Source: Chiloscyllium plagiosum
Taxonomy: Eukaryota
NCBI RefSeq assembly: GCF_004010195.1
Contig: NC_057718.1
Location: 59,330,485 to 59,394,484 of the forward strand
Reading direction: 5' to 3'
Length of the DNA: 64,000 bases
Below are positions 1 through 12,379 of the stretch, in pieces. Below the pieces are notes generated by a model, which did no database searches, had not been told where the DNA came from, and worked only from the letters and a program-made list of their open reading frames with translations. The position numbers were made by a program, and so were the translations under genes. Position 1 is the first letter of the stretch; every line of letters starts with the position of its first letter.

Positions 1-240
1 AATTGGTGTCCACTTATTCGCAAACCTTCTGTCAATGGAAACATTTTCTCCACACTTACTCTGTCCACACCCCTCATCATTTTGTACATTTCTATCCCAT
101 CTCTCTCCACCATCTCCTCTAAAGAAATCAGTCCCAATTTTACCAAAATGCACTCATGATCCATGTCCAATGGTTTTGCAATACCTCACAGCATCCCTGC
201 TAAAGCCGAGTGTCAAGAATTAAGTATTGTAATCGAGTTA
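1..240 (-). mobile_element. Old CR1-type LINE 3' fragment
   Basis: Degenerate 'ccctcatcattttgtacatttctatc...ctctaaagaaatcagtcccaatttt' resembles the minus-strand CR1 3' ORF2 region seen in better-preserved copies in this window. Confidence 0.4.
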
Positions 241-269
241 AGGTGAACCATTGTTTTGTAAAGATTCAC

Positions 270-860
270 ATGGGTTGGGGGTGACCAATGCCAATTAAGG
301 CACGTAAGTAGGAAATTAATGTCCACTTAATGGCCTCATCCCATCACTGCTGATATTGAACCAGGAGCAGGAGGGAATTTGCCATACAGGAAGCCAAGAA
401 AACAAACCTTACCAGCTCATGGGGGCGTTGCTCCATTTATTTGGGCTTGGTACGTGATTGGGAAGGGGGAGTCTATTAAGTGCTACCTGCCCTGATCTGC
501 CCACCAACCCCTGCCCATCACACCCTCCTCTTTCCACTCACCCCTCCACCTCCAAGGCCCTGGAACTCACATTCTAATTTCATTTAATTACGATTTGTGT
601 CCCTTGCTGTTCTTGAGACTCGGGTAAATGCATTGCCGGCAATTATCACTGCTTCTGCTGATATAGGTTTTAATGGCCTCCGATTAGCTCTGGGGTTGTG
701 AATTTATGGATTATTGTCCTGGGATCCTTGGTTCAGGAGAAGGCCCACTGCTTGTCATAATATGTCAGCCCGTCCCGAAAGGAAGAAACATGGGGCTTTT
801 GCTAATTCTCTAGCTGATAGGGAAGACACTCATCACCAAGATTAAATGTTGCCCTACATA
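270..860. mobile_element. Degenerate GC-richer non-autonomous DNA-transposon-like remnant
   Basis: 'gccaattaaggcac...ccacttaatggcctc' motif; related motifs recur at ~14470, ~35400, ~53850 and ~60660. Family not established. Confidence 0.3.
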
Positions 861-1339
861 TCTATAATGTTCAGAATCTCAGAAGCTTAATGAGTTGTGT
901 TATAGCTCACAGTCAGTACGTCAATATACTTTTAAGAGACAAGCTCATGATGTCATTATGATATCAAAGCATGTTATTTGGAGGTATAAAGATCTCATGC
1001 TCCACCCTGTCCTGGGATTATTTGAAACATGACATGTTATAGGAGTCATGCTGCTCAATTGTAGTTTAACGTGTATGTTTAATAGTTACTTCTAATAAAC
1101 ATCTGTTGGATTCATCAATACCCATGATATCTATGCTCAGTTTCTTTAGGTTATGACAGATAACATAAGCACTGCCACATCACATAAAATCCCCTTTTGG
1201 AGGCAAACTCACCTCATGATTAGCAGCAATGGATGTCTGTTAAAAAATGCCAATATCTTGAAGTTGGATATTCTAAAAAACTAATCACTAACTAATTGCT
1301 AACCAACTACACAACAACTTTGGGCATTAATATGTTCAG

Positions 1340-1690
1340 ATAGTCAGCAGCATCATTTTCCCAGAAAACATTCCATCCAGCAGCACATGGATAAGATTAC
1401 TGAGAATGTACCTGATTGCAATATTGTCAGCTATGATGCAGTCATGGGTAAGACAAAGAGATATCAAGACAATTAAATTTCATAGGCAAACAGGTCTTAA
1501 TACTAAAAGCATCATGGCAAGCTATCATGTCCATACCAGGTTAGGAACTCATCTGTACTGGATGCACATGACAGGGAGTATTTGAATCTGTCAGGGATGA
1601 ATCAGAAGCTTGAACAGCTTGTGAATGAAGGTGAAGCATGTCAAATGTAACAGCATGGGAGCGTCCCCGTACCCACAATATGCAAGTATT
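1340..1690 (+). mobile_element. Gypsy/Ty3 integrase zinc-binding region relic
   Basis: From 1564 reads AHDREYLNLSGMNQKLEQLVNEGEACQM*Q, resembling the Gypsy integrase motif RARxxVYWPGMNxxIExxVxxCxxCQ. Confidence 0.45.
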
Positions 1691-2950
1691 AGAATAATGT
1701 CTCATAGGAAATATGTTAGTGTAGCTCCACTCAGTTACGTGAATTTCTTCAATTGCAATATGTTTAGTCTTATTTTCAACAGCAAGTATTTAATTTGTCC
1801 CACTTCCACTCTATCGTGGAAAAACTATTTCACCTGTCGTACAGTCTGCCTAAAATGTTCATATGTGGCAAATAATGGACATAAATCTCCAGCCACCAAC
1901 AATGATTAACAAGGTATTCACATGCAATTTACTTAATATTACATATTTATATTCAACCGATCAGTATTCTAGGCTGAATACTGATGATTCACTTGGGTGG
2001 GTTTTTTTTATGAATGTAAGTTGGTCAGCTGTGGGACAGTTAGTCTACTTTGAAACATGGGGTACATTGTAAATGAGCAGTAAATACCTATGTTTGTCCA
2101 GTGTCTTACATCGCTTGGGGCCAATCTGGCTAAGGAGTATGCTAAAAATAATTGTTACCATGCTGAATCACAAATATACAGGTTTGAACTTCTTTGTGGT
2201 AGATTGTGGATTGTGTTTATTTTTTTCCCTGTTGTCTGTGGGGCTGTAGAATAGCTGTAGTATCAGAGAATTATGGAAGATTTTGAGGTCAAATAAACCA
2301 TTATTTATCAATAGTTTTACAAAGATTTCCTGCTAAATTGCAAACTCCTTGTTGTTGTGCTCTAATTAGGATCAGCGTCATCCTGATAAATTGCAATATT
2401 TGAATTTATTAATCTATGGTCATCCATTACTAATTAGAGATCATATTAAAGAGTCTTTCCTGCTCCAAATCTACCCAAGCAGCTATATATGTTATTTTCA
2501 GTATTGTTGTGACGAGTTGATGCTGTGCATTAATTGCAGGTATGTGCATATAATTATGGGATAATGTTCATTATGTACACTATAAATGTCTGTGGCTGTC
2601 AGGTGGCAACTCTTTGGCTACATTCATTCTCTGTATGAAGTAAATTGAAAGGGTGAGTTTTAACCCTTTGCATTTCCTTTTAGTGCAGATGAAATTGTTT
2701 CTTTATTAAAATGTTTATTCATGCCTGATTTGGAGATGTACACATGAAGAAAGTGGCACACAACTCAAAGTTTTTTTGCACGAACAATGGCTTTTTTTTA
2801 CAGCTAAATTACAAGTTATATATTTTCTCAACTCAAATGTCCATGCAATTGTATTTGGATTGTTCACATTCCAATTTAGTACACACAACTATATCATCCA
2901 ATCATGTTAAAATTAATGCACATGATTTTATTATCCATTCTTATCATCAC

Positions 2951-3200
2951 ATACAGTCACAGAGTCATAGAGATGTACAGCACAGAAACAGACCCTTCGG
3001 TCCAACTCGTCCATGCCGACCAGATAGCCCAACCCAATCTAGTCCCACCTGCCAGCACGGGGCCCATATCCCTCCAAACCCTTCCTATTCATATACCCAT
3101 CCAGATGCCTCTTAAATGTTGCAATTGTACCAGCCTCCACCACTTCCTCTGGCAGCTCATTCCATACCACCCTCTGAGTGAAAAAGTTGCCTCATATGTC
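2951..3200 (-). mobile_element. CR1/HER1-type LINE 3' end, 5'-truncated
   Basis: 'agagtcatagagatgtacagcacagaaacagacccttcggtccaactcgtccatgccgacc' is the reverse complement of the CR1 3' tail; near-identical copies at 14905, 38827, 53395. Confidence 0.9.
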
Positions 3201-3339
3201 TCTGCTCGCATCTCAAACTGTTAATAATTTGTATGTAACTAACAGTAAACCTATACTGATTTTTCACTTTCAGTTCCTGCTATTGCCAATATTGTCAATG
3301 TTCTCTTTCATAAACTCAAATACTTTCAAGACAATGGCA

Positions 3340-3790
3340 TCATACTGTCATACAGCATAGAAACAGATTGTATGGTCCAACTCGACCATGCCAACCAAGT
3401 TTCCTCAACTAAACTAGTCTCATTTGTCTGCATTTGGCTTATATCCCTGTAAACATTTCCTATTCATGTACCTGTCCAAATGTCTTTTAAATGTTGCAAC
3501 TTTACCTGCATTTCCACTTCCTCTGGCAGTTCATCCCATACACGAACCACCCTGTATGTGAAAAAGGTTGCCCCTCAGGTTCCTTTTAAATCTTTCTCCT
3601 CTCACCTTAAACATGCCCTCCAGTTTTGAGCTCCTCCATTCTAGGCAAAAGACCTTTATTATTCTTCTTATCCATGCTCTTTTGATTTTATAAACCTCTA
3701 TAAAGTCATCTCTCACATTCTTATGTTACAGTCAAAAAAGTGCCAGCCTATCCAACCTCTCCTTATAACTTAAACCCTCCAGTCCCAGTA
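3340..3790 (-). mobile_element. CR1/HER1-type LINE 3' fragment
   Basis: ORF 3531-3716(-) RDDFIEVYKI...FKVRGERFKRNLRGNLF is the CR1 ORF2 C-terminus. Confidence 0.85.
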
Positions 3791-4039
3791 GCTTGCTTTG
3801 TGATATTTTATCTTGAACTGATTGCTTTGTTTATCTTCCCAGAGATTTTATAGGCCTACAATAAGTTTAAAATCTGTAACAAGATCATTGTCCAGGTTCT
3901 TCTTAAATTTTTTTAAACTAATACCTTTAGTGGTAAATATTCCTGAATGTGGAGACATCACTGACAGACTGGCTTTGACCAGAGATAATTGACCTCAAAC
4001 TGACAAGTAAACCATCTGCCATGTTCAATTTCTGGGATA

Positions 4040-4720
4040 GAGACAAAAAAACTGCAGATGTTGGCAGGCAGGAGGCTGGAAGAACACAGCAAGCCAGGCA
4101 GCATCAGGAGGTGTAGAAGGCAATGTTTCAGGTGTAACCCTTCTTCAGAATTGAGGGAGAGTGTGAGGGAAACTGCAGATAAAGGGGGTGGCGGGGGCGG
4201 GGTGGTAAAGTGGAGATAGGTGAAGACAGGTAGAGGGTACGACCTGGTTGGTCAATGGGAGGAATGAATCCGGTTGGTGGCAGGGAAGAGTGTCAGTGAG
4301 GGGATGGGGCTGGGAAGGGAGTCAGGAGATTGGGAGGGAGGTTATTTGAAATTGGAGAACTCAGTGTTGAGTCCTCCAGGCTGTAGGATGCCCAGGCGGA
4401 CAGTAAGTTGTTTTTCCTCCAACAGGTGCTGTGGTTTGTTTAGCAATGGAGGAGGCCAAAGATGCTCATGCCGGAGAGTAAGTGGTTGGGGGAATTGAAA
4501 TGGGCACTGACTGGGAGGCCTGGTCAGCCCTGCAGACCCGGCTGCGATGCTCAGTCTCCCCGATGTAGAGAAGACCACATCGGGAGCACCTGATGCAATA
4601 AACTAGTATGGAAGAGAGGCAGGTGAACCTCTGTCTCACCTGGAAGGACTGTTTGGAGCCCTGGATGGAGGTGAGGGGGATGGTGAACTAGCAAGTTTTG
4701 CATTTTTTCTGGTTGCAGGG
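4040..4720 (-). mobile_element. Penelope-like element, inverted copy of the 3' part (GIY-YIG end plus tail)
   Basis: Reverse complement of ~5145-5850; ORF 4342-4578(-) HLLEEKQLTVRLGILQPGGLNTEFSNFK is the PLE GIY-YIG C-terminus. Confidence 0.85.
4121..4148 (-). ncRNA. Minimal hammerhead ribozyme motif (decayed) in PLE tail
   Basis: Minus strand CTGAAGA-AGG-GTTACA-CCT-GAAA-CATTG; core boxes and stem II present, cleavage region shows CpG decay. Confidence 0.55.
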
Positions 4721-4724
4721 TCGC

Positions 4725-5853
4725 ACCCAATATCCTGCAAAAACTCTATCTCACTCTCCTAATTCCTCCACCTCTGCTGCATCGGACAAGGAGACATTCC
4801 ACCCATGAGCGTCCCAGATGTCCACCTATTTTGAGAAACGCGCTTTTCCTCTCTCCATCATCCAGACAGCCCTGTGCCACACCACCTCTATTCCCCATTG
4901 CACCGCTCTAAACCAACACTCCCCCTCTCAACGCAATCAGGGCAATCAGAGTCCCCCTTATCCTCCACCTACCAACCCACTAGTCTCTGCATCCAATGCA
5001 TCATTCTCAAATATTTCCGTCAACTCCAAATACCCCACCACCAAGAACATCTTCCCCTCCCCACCCTTCTCAGCCTTCTGCAAGGACTGTTCCCTCAAAC
5101 AGTCCTTGGTTCACGCACCTCCCACCACCAAACACCCAGGTACCTTTCCCTGCAATCAGAAGAAATGCAAAACCTGCCAGTATACCACCACACCCCCCAC
5201 TCCCCCACCCCCCTCACCTCCATCCAGGGCCTCAAGCAGTCCTTCCAGGTTAGACAGAGGTTCACCTGCCTCTCTTCCAATCCAGTTTACTGCATCAGGT
5301 GCTCCTGATGTGGTCTTCTCTACATTGGGGAGACTGAAAATAACCTTGTGGAACAGCTCACCAAGCATCGCAGGCAGGTCCGCGGGACCGACCGGACCTC
5401 CCTGTCACCCGCCCATTTCAATTCCCCTTCCCACTCCCTTTCTGACATGACCATCCTTGACCTCCTCTATTGCCCAAACAAACCACAGCGCTTTTGGAGG
5501 AACATCTTGTCTTTCGCCTGGGCATCCTACAGCCTGGAGGACCCAATATTGAGTTCTCCAATTTCAAATAACCTCCCTCCCAATCCCCTAACTCCCTTCC
5601 CAGCCCCACCTGCTTACTGCCACTCCTCCCTGCCACCAACCAGGTCTATTCCTCCCATTGACCAACCAGGTCATACCCTCTACCCGTCTTCACCTTTCCA
5701 CACTTCACCACCCTGCCCCCACCTCCCCCTTTAACTGCAGCTCCCCCCACACCCACCTGCAGTCTTGAAGAAGGATTACAGCCAAAATGTCAACTTCTCC
5801 ACCTCCTTATGCTGCCTGGCCCACTGTGTTCCTCTAGCCTCTTGCCTGTCTAC
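4725..5853 (+). mobile_element. Penelope-like element 3' portion (linker, GIY-YIG endonuclease, tail), frameshifted
   Basis: PGTFPCNQKKCKTC and KQSFQVRQRFTCLSSNPVYCIRCS followed by LYIGET; decayed HHR 'ttgaagaaggattacagccaaaatgtc' at ~5765. Confidence 0.9.
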
Positions 5854-6144
5854 TATGTTCAAATTGCGGTCAGTATTGCTGCAATAACTAAAATGCTTCC
5901 GTTAATAATGAATTAGTATTTTAAGATATTCTAACAAGGCCACTCAGAAATAATCAGTTTTTAGTGTTCCCAGCTGCATCAAAATTTGAAGGACACTATT
6001 TTTATAAAGTTAGCAATGCTCTTTCCTCTGACAATTTGTCGGAATCCAGCAGATGAGTCAGAAAAGAAGTTAGTATTCTATGTTATTTCTGTACAACTAA
6101 ACAATCTATCGCCAGATAGCAAGATAGCTACTGATTCCAACATT

Positions 6145-6272
6145 ATAGAGTCATACAGCACTGGGAGAGGTCCTTTGGCCCAAACTGGTCCATGCTGACC
6201 AAAATGTCCATCCACGCTAACCCCATTTCCCTGCACTTCACCCATATCCTTCCAAATCTTTCCTATCCATAT
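6145..6272 (-). mobile_element. Short CR1 3' end
   Basis: 'atagagtcatacagcactgggagaggtcctttggccc' CR1 tail. Confidence 0.7.
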
Positions 6273-6344
6273 AGATCGGGTTACATTCACTGTCTCATTT
6301 ACTCATTATTTTGCTGTAGTCAGAAAGACTTTAGATCCGAGAGT

Positions 6345-7060
6345 TATAGAGTCATGGAGTCATACAGCCCGGAAACAGACCCTTTAGTCCAACCGGTCCA
6401 AGCCAAACAAGTTTCCCAAACTAAGCTACTTCCATTTGCCTTCTAAACCTTTCCAATTCATGTAGCTGTCCAAATGCCTTTTCAATGTTTTAACTGAGCC
6501 TGTATCTGCCACTTCCTCTGGCAGTTCATTTCACACATACATCACCCTCTGTGTGACCCTTCAGGCCCCTTTTATATTTTCCTTTCTCACCTAAAACCTA
6601 TGTCCTCTAGTTTTGAAATCCCTTACCCTAGAGAAAAAGAGCTTTGCTATTTACCTCATCTTTGCTCCTCACAATTTTATAAACCTCTATAAGGTCACCC
6701 CTCGACCTTCTGTACTCCAGGGAAAAAAGTCCCAATTTATCCAACTTCTCCTTATAACACAAACCTCCTGTCCCAGTAACATCCTTGCAAATATGTTTTG
6801 TACACTTTCCAATTGAATAATATCTTTCCTCTGGCAGGGCGACTAGAATTGTACATAATACTCCAAAAATGGTCTCACCAATGTCCTGCATAGCCATAAC
6901 ATGATGCCCCAACTCATATACTCAGTACTTTGACCAATGAATGCAAGCATGCCTAATGCCTTCTTCATCACACTGTCTATCCTTGACACCACTTTCAAGG
7001 AGCTATGCGCCTACACCCCTAGGTCTTTCAGTTTGACTACACTGCCCAGGACCCTACCAT
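6345..7060 (-). mobile_element. CR1 LINE 3' fragment (continues at 8240-8480)
   Basis: ORF 6628-6912(-) YKEKLDKLGLFSLEYRRSRGDLIEVYKIV; CR1 tail at 6345. Confidence 0.9.
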
Positions 7061-8238
7061 ACTAGAAGGCATTCGATAATGTGCCGCATAAAAGACTCAT
7101 CCATAAGATGAGAATGCATGGAGTTGTGGGGAATGTGCCAGCATGGATAGAGGACTGGTTAACCAATAGAAAGCAGAGAGTTAGGATAAATGGGTGTTTT
7201 CAGGTTGGACATCAGTGGTGAATGGGGTGTCGCAGGGATTGGTGTTGTGCCCACAATTGTTCATGATCTATATAAATGATTTGGAAGAGGAGATTGAGTG
7301 TAACGTATCCACATTTGCTGATGACATTAAATTGAGTGGAAAGGCAAACTATGCAGAGGATGTGGAGGGTCTGCAGAGAGATTTAGATAGATTAAATGAG
7401 TGGGCAAAGATCTGTCAGATGGAGTACAATCTTGGTAAATGTGAGGTTATCCATTTTGGAAGTAAAAGGCAGTAGCTCAGAGTGTTATTGAAATGGTGAA
7501 AGATTGCAGCAGCTGTTATGTAGAGGGACTTAGGCATGCTTACACATGAATTGCTTAAAGTTGATTTGCAGGTGCAACAGGTAATCAGGAAGGCAAACAG
7601 AATATTGGCTTTCATTGCTAGAGGGATTGAATTTAAGAGTAGGGAGGTTCTGCTGCAACTGTACAAGGTGTTGGTGAGGCTGCACCTGGAGTATTGTGTG
7701 CAGTTCTGGTCTCCTTACTTGAGGAAGGATATACTGGCTGTGGAGGTGTTAGAGAGGAGGTTCTCCAGGTTGATTCCAGAGATGAGTGGGTTACACTATG
7801 AGGAGAAGTTGAGCCGCCAGGGACTGTACTCGCTAGAATTTAGAAAAATGAGAGGGGATCTTGTAGAAACAAATAAAATTATGAAGGATAAGATAGAGGC
7901 AGGCAAGTTGTTTCCACTGGTGAGTAAGACTCGGATTAGGGGGCATGGCCTCAAGATTATGGGGAATAGATATAGGACATAGATGAGGAGGAGCTGCTTT
8001 TCCCAAAACATAATGAACCTATGGAATTCTCTGCCCAAAGAAGCAATAGAGGCAGCTTCATTAAATATATTCAAGACACAGTTGGATGAGTTTTTGCAAT
8101 GGTTGGGGAATTAAGGGTTATGGGGATAATGCAGGGAGGAGGAGCTGAGACAATGGATAGATCAGCCATCATTTTAATGAATGACGGAGCAGTCTTGATG
8201 GGCCAAATGGCCTACTCATGCTTCTATTACTATGAAAC
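7061..8238 (+). mobile_element. CR1 LINE (second subfamily), RT C-terminal part plus 3' UTR, nested in an opposite-strand CR1
   Basis: GVSQGLVLCPQLFMIYINDL...FADDIKL (RT motifs) and LYKVLVRLHLEYCVQFWSPYLRKDI. Confidence 0.95.
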
Positions 8239-8239
8239 T

Positions 8240-8480
8240 GTTAACTGTGTAATTCCTCCCCTCATTTATCTTACCAAAATGCAACACCTTACATTTATGT
8301 AAATTACACTCTATCTGCTACTCCTCAGCCCAATAGTCCACCTGATCAAGATTCAGTTGTACTTTTAGATAACCTTTTTCACTTTGGGAGAGGTTTCTAA
8401 CCCAGGTGTTTCAATGTCCACTGTACCACCAATTTCAGTGTCATCCACAAACCTCCTAATTGTGCTTCCTATATTGTCAC
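8240..8480 (-). mobile_element. Continuation of the minus-strand CR1 from 6345-7060
   Basis: 'ccaaaatgcaacaccttacatttat...gtccactgtaccaccaatttcagtgtcatccacaaac' is collinear with uninterrupted CR1 sequence at 15640-15809. Confidence 0.8.
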
Positions 8481-8719
8481 ACTAGAATTATCTCATTCCC
8501 TTATCTCTCAGTCCATGCTTCCTCCATGCAGAATCCTCACTATAAACATGGGATTGATGAGGTTCCTTTCTGATTTATAAAGAAAACTCCACATCAAAGA
8601 GGAGTTTTAATTTGAAGGTGTGTTTGAGGGTTCGAGGGAGTATTCTGTGTGAAGGCAACCTAGAGTTCAGATGCACGTGCTGTAGCTGGGTTAAAAAGCT
8701 ACTATTAGTTCTGCTGCAC

Positions 8720-10090
8720 CCATTTCAAAGCAATGAGGTTGAATGATGACAGTGCATATGAGTCAACTTTAACTCTAATACTGAAAGGAACTTTTGTTTT
8801 TGAATGCAAGAAATGTCAAGAACAACACCAGGAACTCTTCACTGTACTCATAAACCTGGCCAAAATATTTGTTTCAGAAACTTGTGAGACTTAGTGCAAT
8901 GTTCTCCTGTGATTTGGGTGTCCAAGAAACCACATCCTGCTGCTGCTTCATGGTGATTTGACTGCAGCTGTGTTGTATAGGAGATCTGAAATCAACACCT
9001 TCACATTCCGGACCAGTACACAAACATGACTGTTAACCCTCTTACAATTTCTAATCTTTTTGACAGTAATTATTCACCCTGTCAAAAATCAACTGCCCTC
9101 TGGTGTGAGTATTCAATGCTCAATCGATGAAAAGTTCTTTGATCTCAATCACCTCCAGTCCAAAACAGAACTAAACACCTTAGATATCTATGACCTACAT
9201 TAAGCAGATGCCTGTGGAAATGTCCTCTCTGCACCAGGTTTAAAACCTATTCATGATCTGTTCAACTGTGCATTTAAGAGACTCTGCCTGTCCTTGAATG
9301 TTGTCAAAACAAGAATACGTATCAAACCAGTTCTGGTCACTCAAATATTCCAACTCCAATATACGTTGAATATGTTGAGACTATGTTGAGTATTTTCCAT
9401 AATGTGGAAAGTACCTTTTCCAAAAGGCCACTATTGACAAAGAGATCCACAGTTCAGCTGTGCTTTGCTTAGTCTTCCACACACTATGGGGTACACGTCA
9501 ACAAAGACGTGTCACCATCCAATCCCACTGTACAGAGCAATTGTCATCACTACATTCTCAAACTGCAATTAGACTTGGACTGTGTATCAGTGACATATAG
9601 AGCACTGGGGAGATTCCGTCAGAAATAGGTGATTTTCTGGAATGAACTGGGATTATTGTCCAACAAACATTAGTGTCCTTGAAGCAAGCTGTACAGGTTC
9701 TCCGGCAATTCTGATCTGCACACAGTGTCTGATGGCTGCAAAGCATCTCTCCCGCTAGATCCTGTTTTCTCGACTCTCAAACGGCCATAATTCCATGAAA
9801 GAGCAAAAGAAACACTTCAGCAATACTCTGAAAGAAGCTGGTTATTAGTCATGAAAAATGGGACAGTTTGTATGTCAAACGGCATCGCGCTTTGAGTCCA
9901 AAAGCCTTAACGAAGAAGGCAAAGCAACAGTAGAGAAGGAAAGTAAAGGCACTAAATACTGCATTTCAGATTCAACATGCTCTCTCAAAGATGTGTAGGT
10001 CATGAATCAACCTGTTCAGTCCCATGAGGACCCATAGCAGAAGACCACCGCGGTGAATAGATACCATCTTTGAATTGAGGGACAGCCAAT
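8720..10090 (+). mobile_element. Decayed RTE-clade LINE (RT to 3' end)
   Basis: Fragmentary translation KCQEQHQELFTVLINLAK, FGCPR..ILLLLHGDL, KATIDKEIH, YRAIVITT, QKKHFSNTLK resembles RTE ORF2. Confidence 0.7.
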
Positions 10091-10184
10091 GAAAATTTAA
10101 AAGAACACTGCAATGATGCTTTCTAAATTCTGGAGGTGGTAAAAACTGATGAAGGACCTATCAGGATACAGTGCCAATATTTCA

Positions 10185-10390
10185 AGTCTACACTGCATTT
10201 TACTGATACCTGGATGTGATGCTGAGGGCTATGAAAAGGTTTTTTGCTGATGGGAGGGAGAAACCTGCCAGTGAAACCAAGAAGGCATGGCTGGAAGTGA
10301 ACAAAGATGGCAGCAAGAGGAATGTAGGGAAATGCTCCTCCATCCAGCGTTGAAAGTGTTTAACAAACTAAAACCAGACTGAGAAAAGTA
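10185..10390 (+). mobile_element. PIF/Harbinger Myb/SANT-like ORF, exon 1 relic
   Basis: FTDT/LDVML...FFADGREKPASETKKAWLEV...IQR*K.FN resembles the Harbinger Myb/SANT (MSANTD-type) domain. Confidence 0.6.
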
Positions 10391-10654
10391 AATGGAGTAA
10401 AACATTCAATTATAACCTGATAAGCTCATCAACGTAATCTCCTTACTCTGACATGGGTGATTTTATAGTGGTTTAAACAAAAAAATGTCCAGAGGTATGT
10501 TATCGCTGTTCAGAAGAACAAAGAAGAAAATCCTCACATTCAGGCTTGTGAAGGCAATTCTAGCACATTCTCCTCACACCAAATTACCTTGCATGTACAA
10601 CCTGTCTGTCCATGCACTTCCTCACATTCCTAGTTGCCCTTTTCTGGAACCTCA

Positions 10655-11057
10655 ACAGTATGGAAACAGGCCATTTGGTCCAATAAGTCCATACCAGCCC
10701 TCCAAAGAGTAACCCAACCAGACCGATTCCCTTACTTCTCTACATTTAATCTTGACTAATGTACCTAAACCACATATCCCTGAACACTATGGGTAATTTA
10801 GCATGGCCAATTCATCTAACCTGCATATCGTTGAATTGTAGGAGGAAACTGGAGCACCCAGAGGAAACCCACGCAGACACGGGGACAATGTGCAAACTCC
10901 ACACAGACAGTCACCCGAGGCTGAAATCAAACCTAGGGCCCTGGTGCTGTGAGGCAGCAGTGCTAACCACTGAGCCACTCACCCGAGGCTGGAATTGAAT
11001 CTGGGTCCCTGGTGCTGTGAGGCAGCAGTGCTAACCACTGAATCACCATGCTGCCCA
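10655..11057 (-). mobile_element. HE1-type SINE with tandemly duplicated tRNA-derived head
   Basis: HE1 body 'ggaggaaactggagcacccagaggaaacccacgcagacacgggg'; 68-bp head unit repeated at 10911-10978 and 10979-11046. Confidence 0.9.
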
Positions 11058-11182
11058 GGATATTCATAATTGGAGGCAATACCATGCATCTCCCTCATTG
11101 TCACCATCAAGAAATGTTGTCTTTCATCAATTAAATGCACACCATTATTCCCATTCATAGATCTTGTCTTCCCTCCTTGCAG

Positions 11183-11330
11183 GAGCTGAGAGCACAAAAC
11201 AAAAGAGGGAAGAATGGCTTTGCTCCTCTATCAATCCCAAAAGAGGAGGAAGCCCTGGAGATGAGCAGAATCTCAGTATGGCTGACCATCAGAGATGGGG
11301 AGATGGGAGCCTCTAATTTAGACAGGACAT
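11183..11330 (+). mobile_element. PIF/Harbinger Myb/SANT ORF, exon 2 relic
   Basis: Acceptor 'cttccctccttgcag' then ELRAQNKRGKNG...EEEALEM, like the post-Myb segment (KxAHNxRE..TGGG...EExAL). Confidence 0.5.
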
Positions 11331-12379
11331 AGTCACATCACATCCAACACTCATCTCACATTGGCTCATTTTCAGCAATTATCAAATATGAACCCGCATA
11401 TGTGTCTATGTTTACATGTGTCTGTGTATATATGTATGTATGTGGTCTTGATTTGTTATGCTGGGCCTTACAATACACTCAATAAAATAAAAATCTGTCC
11501 TTTAGTCCTTATTGCTCACATCGTCCAATGTCTCACACACAACCAATGCTCTATCCAAACCACTTCATCTCCCTCAATCCATTGCACTGGCTCCTCATAC
11601 GGTCTGTGTCAAGCAATGCCCCTCACCCACCCTTGGTCCCTCTTACCTTCCCACCCACTCTCTTGTACTTCATAGGTATTCTCCCAGTATACAAAGTGTA
11701 CAGAATCAATTAATTGTATTGGAACCAAGGCATGTATGGAAAAGGCTTGAAAGACATATCTAGTAAAGGGTTACTGTACTAGAGCCCAACAAAAGTGTTA
11801 GTAATCCAGCCAAGTTAAAGTATCAATCAAAGAAACAGGAAACACTTTACAATGTATAAGTAAGCACTGACAGAATGGATCACACAGTAAATGCATCATT
11901 TATAGCTCCCTTTCCCTGAGTGCAGCTGTTTCGATCCAAATGCATGTGTCTATTGTTAGCCATCAATACAGAATGAGGTATTCCTAATCTTACACCATTT
12001 TCTTTTGGCATTTTTGCAGTTAGGATTGTATCTTGTGTTCAAAATATAGAGCTGCCACCAACTGAGTGTGAGCAACCCATTTTAATAGCGATTTCCTCCC
12101 ACATACCATTTTGTCTGGTGGTGAGGGTTTTCAGAAGAAATATACCCTTTCAGGACTCCTCTCACACTGCTTCATGCCTCTCACAAGTTGCACTGGAGAC
12201 CTGGTACTGGCATGAGAATGCAAACCATGGCAATTAAGATCACGCATGGGTCAGGTGTTCAGTTTGTAACAACCATCAGGTGGCTGAGTGGACATGATCT
12301 TTGTAACAAGACAAACTCAACAGAAGTGCAGAGAACAGCAACAGCTTCTATGCATGATCCTCTTCAAAGTCACAAAGAT

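Noticed and set aside
4818..5450. 210-aa Pro-rich ORF as a host gene
   Set aside because: Frameshifted PLE sequence.
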